Source: a virus (lineage: Duplodnaviria > Caudoviricetes). Taken from it: a DNA stretch of 64,000 nucleotides. The position numbers were made by a program, and so were the translations under genes. Below the pieces are notes generated by a model that was given only the letters and a program-made list of their open reading frames with translations, ran no database searches and had not been told where the DNA came from. The DNA is taken from IMG/VR virus record IMGVR_UViG_3300021400_000027, positions 32,001-96,000 of that record. One strand, given 5' to 3'. Shown here piece after piece: positions 1 through 14,126 of this stretch. How positions within the stretch are numbered: the first letter of the stretch is position 1; each line of letters starts with the position of its first letter.

Positions 1-1
1 T

Positions 2-3000
2 AGTAAAATAGGAGACCTATCAAAAGAAGAAATGGACGCTCTCTATAACGGCGATTATGATAAAATCACATCTAAAGAAGGTAAAGAGGCTGTAAAAATT
101 TTCAAGTCTGTACCAGAAGAAGGAGAAGAAATAGATTATTTAAAGAGCGACTTAACAAACAATAGACAACAAGACTGGGAAGATGAAGTAAATAGTTTAA
201 AAGAAATAACGTCCAATGCAGAAAAAATATGGGATTTAAGTAAACTAACTGCAAAAGAAATAGAAGCAATAAAAATACAATATAATAGTTTTTTAGAAAG
301 AGTTCCAGAAGATATAAGGAGTTCTATTGATTCTATACAATTATATTTACAATCCTCATCTGGATTGAGCAAAGATGATTATCAAAAAGCATGGGGATAG
401 GTAAATTGGGCTGATTTAGGAATTGAAAATTTAGAAACCGAAAGAAAGAAATTTATTGACGCATTTAAAGAAAGCGGTGCTACGGAAGAATAGGGAGCAT
501 AGGCTTGGGAAGAGGCATTAAGTGCATATTAGAATGCCGGTGTTATTTCTTTAGATTTTAATAACCCTGAAGAAGCACAAGATTGGCTTGATAAATAGAA
601 AGAAGAATTAGAAAAAACTTTTGATGAAGATGTTTCGGTTTAGTTGGCATTAAAACCTTCTGGTGAAAAATTATCAGTAGATGAACTTGAAGAATGGCAA
701 AAATACGCAGATGAGATTGGCGAGGATATTGAGACTTTTGTTGATTTAGACACCATGACAATTACTGTTGATGCAGAAACTTATGAGGAAAAGAAAAAAG
801 AAGCATTTGAAACGATTAATCGATCTATATCTTCACAACAAACTCAATTAGAAGCTCTTGCTAAAGATACTAAATTAGGAACAGAATTAGAATCTGTTGA
901 AAGCATTTTAGAGAAATATGATGAGATTAAATAGAAAAAAGAAGATGGGATTGCTTTAAATGAAGATGAACTTGAATTTTATGATGAATTAACTCCAAAA
1001 ATGGAAACAATAAATTCTCTTGAAAAAACTCGAAACGGAATGATTACTGCTGCGTTGGTTTAGAAGAAAAAAGAATTAGACGCAATAACAGAAGCAAGAA
1101 AAGATGAATATGAAACTTTAAAAGGTTTAAGAGATGCACAAGATAAATTAAATTAGGCTGTTAAAGATTAGACTGAAAAAGTTTAGGAAGCATAGAAAAA
1201 AATTGATGATTAGGTTAAGAAAAATGCAGAAAACGAACAGAAAGCATTAAAAGAAATTAATGACGCACTTAAAGATGTTGCAGAACAAGAAAATACAATT
1301 TTAGAAAAAGAACAAGCAATAGTTGATAAAACTTAGAAATTAAATGATGCATTATATGGAACTGATAATTACTTATCTAAGCGAAATTCTTTACAAAATT
1401 ATTCTGATAGACTTGATTAGCTATCTTCCGCCGCAGAAAAAGCTAAAAAAGCTCTTGATAATCCAGAAATTGGTGATAATGTTGCAGAATTGGTTAAAAA
1501 TTATGGTGAAGCCATTCATCAAGAAATGGTTTATCAATAGGCTTTAAATTAGAGAAAAGAAGATTAGAAAAATCAAATTTTAGGATATTTATAGGGATTT
1601 GGTTCTGAATATTTCACAATAGTAGATGGATTCTTACAAGCAAATTATTCTGCTATTGATAATGCTTAGATGAATGATTAGCTTAAAGACCAAATTTATC
1701 AATACCTTGATGATTATAATAAGGTTTAGAAAGAGATTATTGATGGTGAAGATAAGTATAATGATTTACTTAAAGACATGAAAGAAAGACGTAAGTCTGC
1801 ACTTTCAGATATGGTAAATCTTTAGAAAGATACTGCAGAAATTCTTAAAGAAAGTTATGAGAAAGAAATTGAAGATGTAAAAGAGAAGTATGATGCAATT
1901 AAAAAAGCTGATGATGAATATTTAGACGCTTTATAGGATGCTATTGACAAACAAAGAAAATTAAGAGAAGAAGAAAACAAATGGAATGATTTAGCTACTA
2001 AAGAAAAGAAATTATCTTTAATTTCAAGAGATACGTCTGGCTCTCAATAGAAAGAAACTTTAAAACTTTAGGAAGAAATTGAAAATGATAGATAGTCATT
2101 ACTTGATAATAGTGTTGATAATATTTTAGATACGTTAAAAGAAACTTATGAGGAATAGTAGAAAGAAAGAGAGGAAGAACTTGAATATCAAGAACAAATG
2201 ATTGAAGATATGGACTTTATGAAATAGGCTATGGAAATTATTTAGTCTATGGATGGAAGTTCAGAAAATTATTTAGCTTGGCTAACGGAAAATGACCCCG
2301 AATATTTAGAAGGCTCTCCTCTTGAACAAGAATTATATTTAGAAGAACACGCAAATGATTTAGCTCCATTTGAAGAGTACGCCGCCATTACAAATTCTAA
2401 TTTCCAAAACTATTTAAATATAACTGCTGATGAAGTAAATCAGGTAATGGCTTAGACTTCTGATAATATGAATGAGTATTTAGAGAGAAGTCATTAGAAT
2501 ACTTTAGACAAAGTTTAGGAAGAATAGGATGCCGCACAAGAAGCATTAAATTAGGCTTATGAAGATTTAGATGAAGCTAAATTAAAACTTGAAGAATTGC
2601 ATGAAAAAGTTACCGAAGCATATGAAAATTATGACCAAACTTTAGCAGATGGAGAATAGGATTTACAAGAGGCTTATGAAAATTATGATTAGGTTTTAAA
2701 AGATGTAAGAGATAATGTTAGAGATACGCAAATTGCATATAATGAAGCTATGGAGGCTGTTCATAAATTAGGCATTACAGATGTTTCTGATATGGATAAA
2801 AAAGTAGAAGATTCTTATAATAAATATATTGCTGCTTAGGGCAGTGCTGAGCAAGCATTACTTACTTATAAATAGAATTTGTTTTCTTATGGAACTGCCG
2901 TAGCTGATGTTCTAGATGCAATATCAGGAGAAGCATCTGCTGATACAATTCGTCAAATAAGTGCAGATTATACTAATGCAGAATCAATAGCTGGAGAGTT

Positions 3001-3526
3001 AAATTCACGCTTACAGAATGCAGAAATTAATTTAACTTGGGCAGCACAAAATAATTTAATGGATGAAGCTGCCCATGCAGCATCAGAATTAAATTCAGCT
3101 AGAAATTCTACTGCATCTGACGCTTCAAATTTTAATAATTCAAGTTCTTATGTTGAATTAGTTAATGAAAATGGAAGATTTATACCTAAAGTTAAAAATA
3201 AATATGCTACTGGCGGTTTGGTTGATTATACTGGACCTGCTTGGGTAGACGGCTCTCCAACTCGTCCAGAAGCCTTCCTTTCTGCCGAAGATACTGCTCG
3301 AATTGGTGCGGCGGCACAACTCTTATCCAATCTTCCGTTCCTTAATACTTCTTCCATTACTGACAATTCTTATTCTTCAAATGTTGGAGATACAACAATC
3401 GAAGTTCACATTAATATAGAAAATGTATCAAGCGAACAGGATATTGATGACATGATTAATCGTGTAAGAGACGACATCGTTTCAATGTCAAATCAAATTG
3501 GAAATCCAGTTCTCTTAAATAAATAA
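2..3526 (+). CDS. Tail tape measure protein, C-terminal part (5' truncated by window; TAG=Gln)
   Basis: ORF fragments 32, 644, 2249 and 2879 are all in one frame, separated only by TAG, and end at TAA 3524-3526. Long E/K/Q-rich coiled coil with a C-terminal YATGGLVDYTGPAWVDGSPTRPEAFL motif typical of tape measure C-termini. Lies directly upstream of a Dit-like gene. Confidence 0.85.
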
Positions 3527-3531
3527 AAGGG

Positions 3532-3558
3532 TAAGGGGTTCTTTATGAACCCCTTTAT
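3532..3558 (+). terminator. Stem-loop after tape measure gene (putative intrinsic terminator)
   Basis: AAGGGGTTC-TTTAT-GAACCCCTT inverted repeat immediately after the stop codon. Confidence 0.6.
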
Positions 3559-3582
3559 CTCAATTAAATGAGGTGAGTTAAA

Positions 3583-6189
3583 ATGAGAGATTTTACGGGC
3601 TTTCGCTTTGGACAAGTTCATTCGGAAGATTTACATTTAGTTGTTGTAAGTTCAAGTAATCGTTATTCTAAAAATGTTTTGCCGGCTCTCAAAGATTATA
3701 CGAAAGAAGTGCCGGGTGGAGATGGTCAATATTTATTTGGTTAGACCTTCTCTACACAAGAATTTACAGCTAATGTGGCTTTTAACGAAGTTGATGAAAA
3801 AACTTGGAGAAAAATTTCACAACTATTTTCAACTGATAAGCCATAGGATTTAGTATTTGATGAATTGCCATTTAAAACTTATCGTGCAAAACTTAAATCT
3901 AAGCCAGAATTCAAATTCATTTGCTTCAATAAGAATGGAGAAAGAGTTTATAAGGGTGAAGGTACTCTTAACTTTATTTGTTATTATCCTTATGCGTTTG
4001 GTTTTAACAAATATGTTGTTAGAGCCGCAGACTATTACAAATGTGCAATGCCAAAAGAAATTATAACTAATTCAATTGAAGAAAACCCATATAAAAGAAA
4101 GGAAAAACCTAAATTTCTGCCGGGCTTAATCAAAGACCATTATAATGTCACCCCCAATATGAGTACGCCTTGGAAAGGCGGCTATCCCTCTATTGAATAG
4201 GTTCAATGGGGTGAACTTTACTTCAATTCGCCGGAAGGCAAAAAGTTAATTGATGTAAGAGATTATTTTAAGAATGTTCCTGAATGGGAGCCGGCGGCGC
4301 AACTACTTACTACTCCAACTTTAGATTATGATAGAGAATTAATTTATATGCCACAATATAGTAGAACCAATTACTATAATATGGATACTGGCTTAAATCG
4401 TCAAAATGGAATGATTGGAAGTAGAATTTTAGTCTATAATCCGGGGGATGTGCCAATTGACTTTGAACTTAAATTAGGAAATTTAGTTTCTCGTTATCGT
4501 GCAAATATGAGTGATAATGATAAGAATTATCGCTTTAGAATTAGTAGATATAATGTTCAAAGACTTTCAATTGAATAGGCAGTTGACTGGTGTGGACTTA
4601 AAACCTATCATAGAGAAGATGATAATGATTACAAATATGCCGGACGCTACTTTACAATTCTTGAAAACAACCCAAAAAACGAGGGTAAAGATTCTACTAA
4701 ACCTTCTTGGTGGTATGAAGAAGAATGGGATTATAAGCCTTTTGAAAGAAGATTGGGTGCGGCCGCGCCACGTCATTGCTATTATGTAGAACCAATTCCA
4801 AGAGAAAAATTAGGCTACTTCATTCGCCTATTCTATTGGCAAAGTTCTCATATTGATGACCCTGAAGGTTATACTGCAATTCCTTGTAATTGGGAGAAAG
4901 GCGTAGAACTTGCAAATAGATATGAGGAGTTATATGAACTTTGTATTACAGATGAAGAACGCTATGAACTTTACTGGGAAACATTAAAGACAGCAATTCT
5001 TGATTGCTATAAAGAAGTTAATGAAAAAATTATTTATGGTTCTGGTCTTAAAGGCAAGAGCTACGGTTTCTTTGATGAAACAAATAAGAATGGCGGTTAT
5101 ACTTATGAAGATTTTGTTCATGATTATATTTATAATCAAGCAGATTACATAAGAGAGAATGATGCAGAATTAGATTATGGTGAATTTAAATTCCATGTAG
5201 GTAGATTGCCTTAGTATATGACCTTTGATTATATTGAACTTAATTCAAATGATTTCGATAAAATTCAGGGTTGTAAATGCGGTTGTGACTGTTTGGTTGA
5301 TGACGACCCTGACCATAATACAATTAAGCCTCTATTTGTTGACTCTGAACGTAGAATGGTTTATAATATAAACAATCCAGAATATGATAAGAATGATGAA
5401 TTAAAGTCAAAGAATTTCTATCATTTTAAACCAGAAAAGAAAATTTTTAACGATAATATTGTTAAAGGTAAATGGTTTAAACTTCCGCCCGGTTGGTCAT
5501 TAATTGAGATTGCTCCAGTTGTTGACGAAGATTTATGGGGTGGCAAGCGTTGGTTAGACGCAAGACCATTTATTTGGGGTAATATTGATTAGCACCTGCG
5601 TGAGCATTTTGATAAAGTCTACTGGCGTGCCGGCGTAGATTGGTTAGCAGAAGCAAATCCATATTTAATTCTTAATAAAGATTGGGGAATTGAGGGAGAT
5701 TTAAAAAATAAGAACTTCAATGAAAATTCAACGCCAGAAGAAATTAAAAATTATCTAACTCAATATTGTTCTAAAGTTGAAGATTTAGAAAATTATCTTT
5801 AGTTTAGACGTTGGTATTTAACAAATAACGAACTCGATTTAAGTAGTAAAGCTAATAGAGTAAATTATTGGTAGAGTCAATATACAAATGAGAACGCTGG
5901 CGGTGAAGATTCTCCATATAAAGATAGATTCTCTGTTAATGATTTATCTGGATTAACCTTTGAAATTCAAAAACGCAGAATTGAAAACGCAGAAAAAGGA
6001 TTTTTAAAGCGTTTAGATGACTATTGGAGAGTTAATAATGTTGATGTTAATGGTTAGCCAAACGGCACAATTGATGATTGGTGGTGGTTTGCTAATAGCT
6101 ATAACTGGAATAATTTCCCACCTATCTATTGGGCATATGCTGACTTATTAAACTCAATTGAAATTAAATATGTTCCTTTGTTCTATTAA
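3583..6189 (+). CDS. Distal tail (Dit)-like protein with large insertion, ~868 aa (TAG=Gln)
   Basis: GAGGTG RBS and ATG 3583. N-terminus MRDFTGFRFGQVHSEDLHLVVV..VPGGDGQYLFGQTF..LVFDELPFKTYRAK is typical of siphophage Dit. Fragments 3865/4348/4753/5218 are in the same frame, joined through TAG; TAA at 6187-6189. Confidence 0.75.
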
Positions 6190-6204
6190 AAGAGGTGATT
6201 AAAG

Positions 6205-9200
6205 GTGGCTATTGAAAAAAAGCCTTATGAAATAAGTATTTGGAGTGAAATACTTGGAGAGAATGGTTAGAAAATAGAACATAAAGATTTTATAATTGGA
6301 GCGCACGACATGGAGTATGCCGGTCGTGCAACTTCCATTAAATTTGAGAAAAAGTTAAATGGAACTCATACTCTTACTTTTTCAATGCCAGATAAGTGGT
6401 ATGATAGTAAGTTGGGTGATTACGTCTATAATGAGTTTATAGACCAAATGTATAATGAGAGAAAGGTTAAGTTCTTTTATAAAAATAAGTGGTATGAGTT
6501 TTATATTAAATCAATTTCAGAAGCTAAGAATTTTAAATCCTATATGAAAACTTATACTTGTAATGATGCTTTTATTGATGAGTTAAGTCGTAATGGTTAT
6601 GGACTTACATTTGATGAAGAGCTTTACAATAATGTTGAGGAAATTGGTACATTTACAGAAGAAATTTTAGAAGATTCCATTTGGTACTATGCGCCGCAAA
6701 ACAACTGGGGAGATTTTACAGAGTTCTTAGAAGAAAAGTTATTTAAAATTCCAGTTAGTCAGTTTAAGTCTCTTTATGGCTATAAACTGAATTATAATGT
6801 AGAAAATTCAGACTCTAAGATTATAAATGCTTATACTAATGAAAAAAGAGATATTGAAATGGGTGACGATTTGGCAAGACAAGAGAGTTTGTTCTGGGAT
6901 TAGAGAGGAGAAAACGGAGAAATTCTTAATCCTTTAATTAGTGTTGCGCCGACACTCATAGAAAATGATGAATACATTTATGTTCCCTATTCTCAATTAA
7001 ATTTCTGCTATAAGACTACTATAGATGGAAATTCGTCTATTGTTACAGCTACAGAAGAACCATGTTTTTATTGGTTAAATGGGGAATAGAAATCTTATGC
7101 CATTGCGCCGGCGACCACTGACCCCTCCGCTTTAATTCAATTTATTGCAATTCCAAAAGATGCAGTTGTTGAAATTGATGAAGCCGGCACGATTGTAAAT
7201 AAGAATTATACTTATGTTATGACTGTTAAGCAATGGAATGATGCATTAAGATAGAATGGAAATTTCTATTCATTTGAACCATTTGAATAGATGAGAGAGC
7301 AAAATGGCGTTTTAGTAAGAAGAAAAATTAAAGATTATGTATTTGGAGAACAGGATGCCAACACAGAATTAACTGGTAATTATACTGCTTATTATGAAGG
7401 ATATTTAGATTCAATTGGAGATATTGAAGTTTTAAAAGGCAAAAAAATTTCAATTTCTGATAGAACAGAAGTTAATATAACGAGTGAAATTGATTAGTAT
7501 GTTAAAGTTTATAATAATTTACCACAAGATATAATTACTAATGATTTTACTTATGCCGGAATGCTTGATGAGAATAAAGATTGGAAAAATGGATATGATA
7601 ATTATAAAATTTGTTCTAAATCTGCAACCAGACAAGTTATTCCTCAACTTGCAAGAAATTTAACTTAGAACGGCGTTAATATTCGTTCAGTTGATGGTTG
7701 GGAAGTTGTTAAATTATCAGATGATAAAAATGTTCCTTCTTCAACCATTAAGTTCATAAAAAAAGGCAATGGCGGCGCAATACAGCTAACAAAATCAGGA
7801 GCTAATGATGGTGAAGAAATTGATGTTGATGTAGCTAGCGGTGAGGGTGATACCAATGCAACTAAAGACTATCAAAAATATGGAAAGCATGACCTTAATA
7901 CCGTAATCAATTTTGGTATCGTTGGACAAAATATAACTTTAAGTAAAGAAAAAATCTATGTTCTTGGATTTAAAGGTAATTTAAGTCCTAATGATGCTAT
8001 TATTATTGGTGAAGGTAGCGTAATTAGTTCTGGCGATTACAAAGTTTATTGGGAACATGCCTCTTTAGGCTATACTGGCAATTTCTATTCAATTAGTTCT
8101 TTTATGATTGACGGTGCTTTAAATGTAAACAATGAAGCTACTTTCATTTTTATTAAACCATTAAGAGATTTTATAAATCCTTATATTGGAATTTGGATGC
8201 GTGATAATGATAAGGATTTAATAAGAGAAGTGGAAGAATTATGGTTTTTTGAAGCATATACAAAAGGTAGAGATTAGTTTGTTAGAGATGATGCTCACTT
8301 TAGATATAGTGGAAGAACAATTAGCGATGGTAGTGATGGTGTTGTTGTTACCGAATAGAATTATACAAATAAAAATGGAGAAACTTATTACAATTATAAA
8401 AAGAAAGGAACGAATTTTATTATCAGACCATATACAAGAAGTGAAATTAAAAAGTATGTAATTTTTGAAGATGACGTTATGCCGGGGGACACTTACGAAT
8501 ATTAGCAATATTTTATTCAACAAATTTCTGCTGGCGACCAAGTGGCAGATACATTTGCTTAGAAAAAATTTTTAAGTGAAGATGGTCCAAAATCAAATAA
8601 TATTCTCCCCTTTAATTCTTCTGAATATACAGAGGACGATTTAAATTTTAATACAGCTTATTTCAATTTAAATAAATGCCCTTATTATAATGAAAATGGG
8701 AATGCTGATTAGCCAGATTGTGGCTATTGTAATGGAACTTGTCTATATTAGAAAGATGGATATTGTCCTTATTTATTCCAAACTGAAAAACATTGTAGAA
8801 AAATTAGAACTCTTAAAAAAGATAAATCAAATCGCTTTAATTTAACTTAGGAATTAAGTAAAGTTTTTGAAATCTATCCAATTTATTTTACTAATAACGA
8901 CAGTCAAGGCAGAATTGTTAAGAAGGTAGAAACTATTGATAATAAGCCTGTTGAAATAATGGATAAAAGAATTTTCTATATCACTGAAAAAGGGAAAGAA
9001 AATAAACTTGGATTTAGATATGAGAAAAACTTATCTAATATTAGTAGAACTTTAAAGAGTGACCAAATTGTCACAAAGCTCTATGTTCAAGATGTAGATA
9101 GCGATATATCTAATACTGGTCTGTGTTCAATTAAGACAGCAGAAGATAATCCTTCTAAAGATAGTTTTATCATTGATTTCTCTTATTATGTCTCTAAAGG

Positions 9201-11832
9201 ATTAATTAGTGCAGATTAGGCAGAACGAGACCTTTATGGAATTGAAAGTGGAGATATGGCTTATCTAAAACAATTAGGTTATTATAACACATAGTATGAT
9301 AAATTATCTAATTTAATTATAAATTTATAGTCAGAATCTTATACTGAATTAGAAGCTAATGTCGATGTAAACTTTGAAGGAATTATTGCGGCAAAATAGC
9401 AACTCCATAAATTAAAGAAACAATTGAGTAAATATGGAGAAACTGTTAATAGCACAAGTGAAAAATCAACAGTATAGAATACAATAATTAAATTTAATGA
9501 ATAGTTAGCAATATTAAATAGTTTATATGAAGAAACATTTGGACTAAATAATGATATATTGGTAATGAATGAAGATGGCGCATATGAATTTAGAGATGAT
9601 ATTAAAGATGTGCTTTATTTAATTGTAGATAAGACATCTGATAGTAATATATATACTCCAGTAACTATGGAGAATTTTAAGGAAACAGATTATTATAAAA
9701 ATCATTTGCATGAATGGGGCATGCTTGGTCAATTTAATAGAGAATATAGACAAATTCAAGAATGGAAAAAATTGCAAGCAACTTATTTAAGGAAAATTAA
9801 TGAATTATCTTTGAACTTCTTTAAAAAATACGAACCATATATTAAAGAGGGTACTTGGACAGATAGCAATTACTTGACTGATAATGCTTATTATTTTGGA
9901 GCATTAGAGGTGGCGGCGGAAGGGGCGATTCCTAAAGTCTCCTATACAATTACAACAGTTGACCTATCTACAAAACCAGAATATGAAGATGATTATGAAT
10001 TTGATATTGCTGACACGACTTACGTTGAAGATATAGGAATGTTTGGAATTAATTAGAAAACTGGTTTGCCGAATAGACTTAAAGTTTTAATTTCAAGTAT
10101 TACAGAAGACCCTGATGTACCAACTTCTAATTCAATTAATGTTCAAAATTTTACCACACAGTTTGAAGATTTATTTTAGCAAGTTTCAGCTACAGTTTAG
10201 TCTTTAACTTATAATGAAAATATTTATAAACGCTCTTCCAATTTTACTTCAAATCAAAACGTAAAAGAAGATAGCTTGCAAGGAACTTTGGATTCAAACA
10301 ATTTAACCTTAATAAACACTAAAGAAAATAATATTGAACTTGATTCACAAGGGCAAGCCGGCAGCGATATAAATAATCATAGTAATAAATATAAATTAAA
10401 TGGTCAAGGTCTGTTCTTCTCAAATAATGGTGGACAGACTTGGAATGTCGGTGTTGGACCGAGTGGTATCAATGCAGATTATATTAAAGTAGGCTCACTT
10501 GATGCCGGCAAAATTAAAATTGTTGATAATGACTTCTTGTACTTCTATTGGGATAAAGATGGAATTATTGCATTAAAAGAACCATCAAAAGATACTTAGT
10601 CATCTATATTTAATTCATATGCTATGTTTAATAGATATGGACTCTCTTTAGTAGAAAACGGAAAAATTAAACTTAGAGCCGGCTATGAATTTAATTCAGC
10701 ATCTAATGGAGAAATAAAAACAGAATCTTCACAAAGTAACCGCTTAGGCTTTTATTTATATGATAATAGCGGCTATCCAATTTTTAGAACAGAGACGGCA
10801 TCTGATATAACGAGTGATGCCAGAGATAAAAAAACTGCAAGATTATCTTTAAGAGGAGAAATGTTTGTTACAGATGGATTCCTTTCTGATTCTTTATAGG
10901 CAGATTTCTATGTTTTTTCTGTGTCTTGTTACTCTCAAAATATTTATTTAGGACATTCATGCCAAAAGCCAAATAATTTTGAAAATGAATATGTTGAATT
11001 TAGTCCTGAACTTAAATGTTATTTCTATACAAGTGATGGCTATAAATATCATGTAAGTCGAGGAGATAGTGAAAGATTTTAGTCAACAGTTGATAATAAT
11101 TTATACTTAATTCATTATAAAGGTAAAAATAATGATAAAGACGAATGGTTCTCTATTAATACTACTGAACAAACAGAACAGGTTTATATTATTGGTGATT
11201 ACGGTGCTAGTGTAGTTACAAATATAAGTAGTGAAGAAAAATTAGAAAGTGTAACCAAAAATAACTCATTAGTATTTGATGGTGTTGAAGGAAATCTTTA
11301 TGGAGAAAAAGTTTACGCATATGGACAATTATATGCGAATGTGAAAACAGTTAAAAATACAGAAAATCCAAATACAATTGGCTTATATCTAAATAATAAA
11401 ATGGAAAACGGTAGTGCATCTGAATAGAATGGCTATATAAAAAGAATATTAAGTTGTGTAAAAGAAGAGAATGGAAATTTAAACAACATTCTTTCTATTT
11501 TACAAAACGGGTCTTTGTATATTGGAGGTGTAGTAGACCCTCAATATAGTAATGAAAGAACAATAAGTGAATTAAGTGATTTAATAAAAATTGATAATGC
11601 TGGAATTGAATTAATTAAAGAAAATGGATAGTACTAGATTAGAATGGATTTCGCAAACTTTAAAGATACCAATGGTAATAACTTAGCATCTTCAATTACT
11701 GGAACATAGGAAGACGTAGGAAATATAAAGAATAAATTAAATGAAGTAATTGAGAGAATTGATAAATGGAATGATGATTGGTTTTATAATCGTCCTACAA
11801 CAGTATGGAATACTGATATTGGTCAAATTTAA
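6205..11832 (+). CDS. Large tail/baseplate-hub (Tal-like, minor structural) protein, ~1875 aa (TAG=Gln)
   Basis: GAGGTG RBS and GTG 6205. Fragments 6310, 7291, 8959, 9559, 10276 and 10624 are all frame 1, joined through TAG; TAA at 11830-11832. Follows Dit; contains GFRYEKNLSNISRT..IVTKLYV and GINADYIKVGSL motifs like phage tail proteins. Confidence 0.75.
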
Positions 11833-11863
11833 TTTGTATAAATTGTATAAAAATTAATAATCA

Positions 11864-11918
11864 ACACGCTCAGAATTTTGTCTAAAACAGAGAAAATTTT
11901 GAGCGTGTCTTTCTTTTT
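11864..11918 (+). terminator. Intrinsic terminator ending the tail operon
   Basis: ACACGCTCA...TGAGCGTGT long stem followed by CTTTCTTTTT. Confidence 0.7.
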
Positions 11919-11983
11919 CCGTAAAAAGTTTCTTCCAAAATCCACTTTTAAGGTGTAAGAACGAAAACACGAGGTGAGGTCAA

Positions 11984-12406
11984 ATGGCATATGGTTATGG
12001 TCAACAACCAAATCTTAATGTACCTTAGCTACAACAAAGTTAGCAAGTGATGGGTTAGCAAAATATACAACCTCTGTTCCCTTAGCCAACAGGTAACGTT
12101 TACAACATTAACTCTACTTTAGAGGTTGCAAACGTTCCTGTCGGCGCAGGAGTATCAATTGCTCTTTGCTTGCCAGAGAATGTAATGTACATTAAGACAA
12201 TGTAGAATGGGAATCCCCTATTCTATCCCTACAAAATAATTCCATTCAATAATGAGGTTCAAGAAGAAAAATCCGCAGATTCTTCTAACTCAATTTCTAT
12301 TGAATAGCTTGCAGAATAGTTAAAAGCCTGCAATGAAAAAATCACAACTTTGGAAACAAAACTAAGCACTATTAAAACAAAGAAAGGAGCTGATTGGGAA
12401 ATATGA
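11984..12406 (+). CDS. Hypothetical protein with Gln/Pro-rich N-terminus, cassette gene 1 (140 aa, 7 TAG=Gln)
   Basis: GAGGTGAGG RBS; MAYGYGQQPNLNVP*LQQS*QVMG*QNIQPLFP*P (TAGs fall inside a Gln-rich tract). TGA overlaps the next ATG (ATGA). Absent from the code-11 track. Confidence 0.8.
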
Positions 12407-12633
12407 ATAATTTAGCTCAAATCGCTTAGATTATGCGGGGCCGCAACCCATAGGAAATTGTAATGAATATGATTAAGAGTCAGCAAATTAATGACCCTAC
12501 AATCACATAGCTAATCAATTTTGCATAGTCCGGCGACACAAATAGTTTAGTTAATCTTGCTACTTCAATTTTTGCTTAGAGGGGTATGGATTTTAATAAA
12601 GAATTCCAATCCTTTATGTCAATGTTGAAGTAA
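12403..12633 (+). CDS. Small helical hypothetical protein, cassette gene 2 (76 aa, 5 TAG=Gln)
   Basis: AAGGAG RBS, ATGA overlap; MNNLAQIAQIMRGRNPQEIVMNMIKSQQ...; ends TAA. Confidence 0.75.
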
Positions 12634-12661
12634 GTAAATAAATTTTATGGAGGTAATACAA

Positions 12662-13696
12662 ATGGAAGAAAAAGGTTTAACAGTAGCAGACGCTCTTGCC
12701 CTACGTAATTCAGGTGATGACGGATTCGGTTTTGGTAATGGTGGCGGTTGGTGGGTAATTATTCTTATCCTCTTCTTAATGTCTGGCTTTGGTCGTGGAT
12801 TCGGCGGCTATGGCAATGGAAACGGAAATGGAACAGATACCAACACAATCTTTGTACCATACGGCGGCGCAGGATTCGGAAACGGTTATAATAACTGGAA
12901 TCCATGTTGTTCACCAGCTACAGCACAGGGCATTTCTGATGCATTCAACTTTAATGCTTTAGATAATGGCATTAGAGCGACTCACGAGGCAGTAACAGAT
13001 GGTTTCTATACTAATAATTTAGCAACTACAAACTTAGGTACTGCCGTTCAGCAATCTTTTGGTCAGGTTCAGTTACAGAACTGCCAAGGATTTAACTCTG
13101 TAATTAATGCTACAAATAGTGGTGTAAATTCACTTAATGCCGCATTTAATGCAGGAATTAATAATCTCAATACTGGAATGACTGCAGGCTTCAACAACCT
13201 AAATACAAATGTAACTGGTAGCACAAATTCACTCCAGAATTCTCTATGTAATGGATTTAATGGAGTGCAGACTGCAATTGCCAATACAAACTGCAAATTA
13301 CAAGATTGCTGCTGTGAAAACAGAGAAGCCTTAATGCAGACAAATTTTGCAAACCAAACTGGCTTTAATACTTTAGGTACAGCCATTGCCACAAATGCTT
13401 GTGACATCGAAAGAGGACAAGACGATATTCGTTATTTAATGGCACAAAATCAAAACCAAACAATGATTGGAATTGACCGTCTTGGCGACCGTTTAATCGA
13501 CTATATGAATCAGAGTAAACTTGATGAACTTCGTACTGAACTCCAGAACGCTAGATTCCAAATCTCTCAGGCAGAATAGACTGATGCCATTATTAATCAA
13601 CTCCAGCCAATTGCAAAACCATCTTGGCTTGTAAACTCTCCTTATCAGTCTTTAAATTATAATGGCGTAAATGCTTGCGGTTGCGGAAATTTCTGA
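12662..13696 (+). CDS. Membrane-anchored Gly/Asn-rich coiled-coil protein with CCC motif, cassette gene 3 (344 aa)
   Basis: GGAGG RBS before ATG 12662. GGGWWVIILILFL hydrophobic segment, N/G-rich repeats, LQDCCCENR. One TAG at 13577 is read through to TGA 13694-13696, ending ACGCGNF. Confidence 0.85.
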
Positions 13697-13709
13697 GGAA
13701 GTGATATAA

Positions 13710-14126
13710 ATGGCTTGCCCAAATGTATCATGTCTTTGTAATCACTTAATACTCTCTCAGAGTGTGACCTTTGCAGACGATACTCTTTTAATTGATTTGC
13801 CGGCAGGCACATATGAGAACGGAGAGAAGTATTGTATTGTTGTTGCCTAGGACATTCCTGAGGATACAACAATAGCCGCCGATGTAGCAATCACAATCGG
13901 CGGCGACACAACCACAACTTATCCCTTAGTAAACAATAATTGTACTAACGTTCAGGCTTGTAATATTTCTACAAGAACTCGTTATGCTACAAGAGTATTT
14001 ACTAATATTGGCAGTGGAGTATTCAAATTACTTGGAAATTTAAACTGTTTTAATTGCAGAAGAAATAATGCGGCGGCTTCGCTTCCTATCGTAGCCGCTG
14101 AAGCAACCGGAGGGGAGAATGGATAA
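13710..14126 (+). CDS. Cys-rich beta-rich hypothetical protein, cassette gene 4 (138 aa)
   Basis: GAGG RBS; MACPNVSCLCNHLILSQSVTFADDTLLIDLPAGTYENGEKYCIVVA*DIP...; one TAG; TAATG overlap with the next gene. Confidence 0.8.

Noticed and set aside
1-11832. Fragmented ORFs as pseudogenes, sequencing errors or a decayed prophage
   Set aside because: The interruptions examined are in-frame TAGs, with no frameshifts or TAA/TGA; this pattern indicates recoding, not decay
12960-13400. Asn/Gly-rich quasi-repeats as a DNA repeat element
   Set aside because: The periodicity is at the protein level (coiled-coil-like GFN/GIN/GVN repeats) inside a coding gene and is not an exact nucleotide repeat
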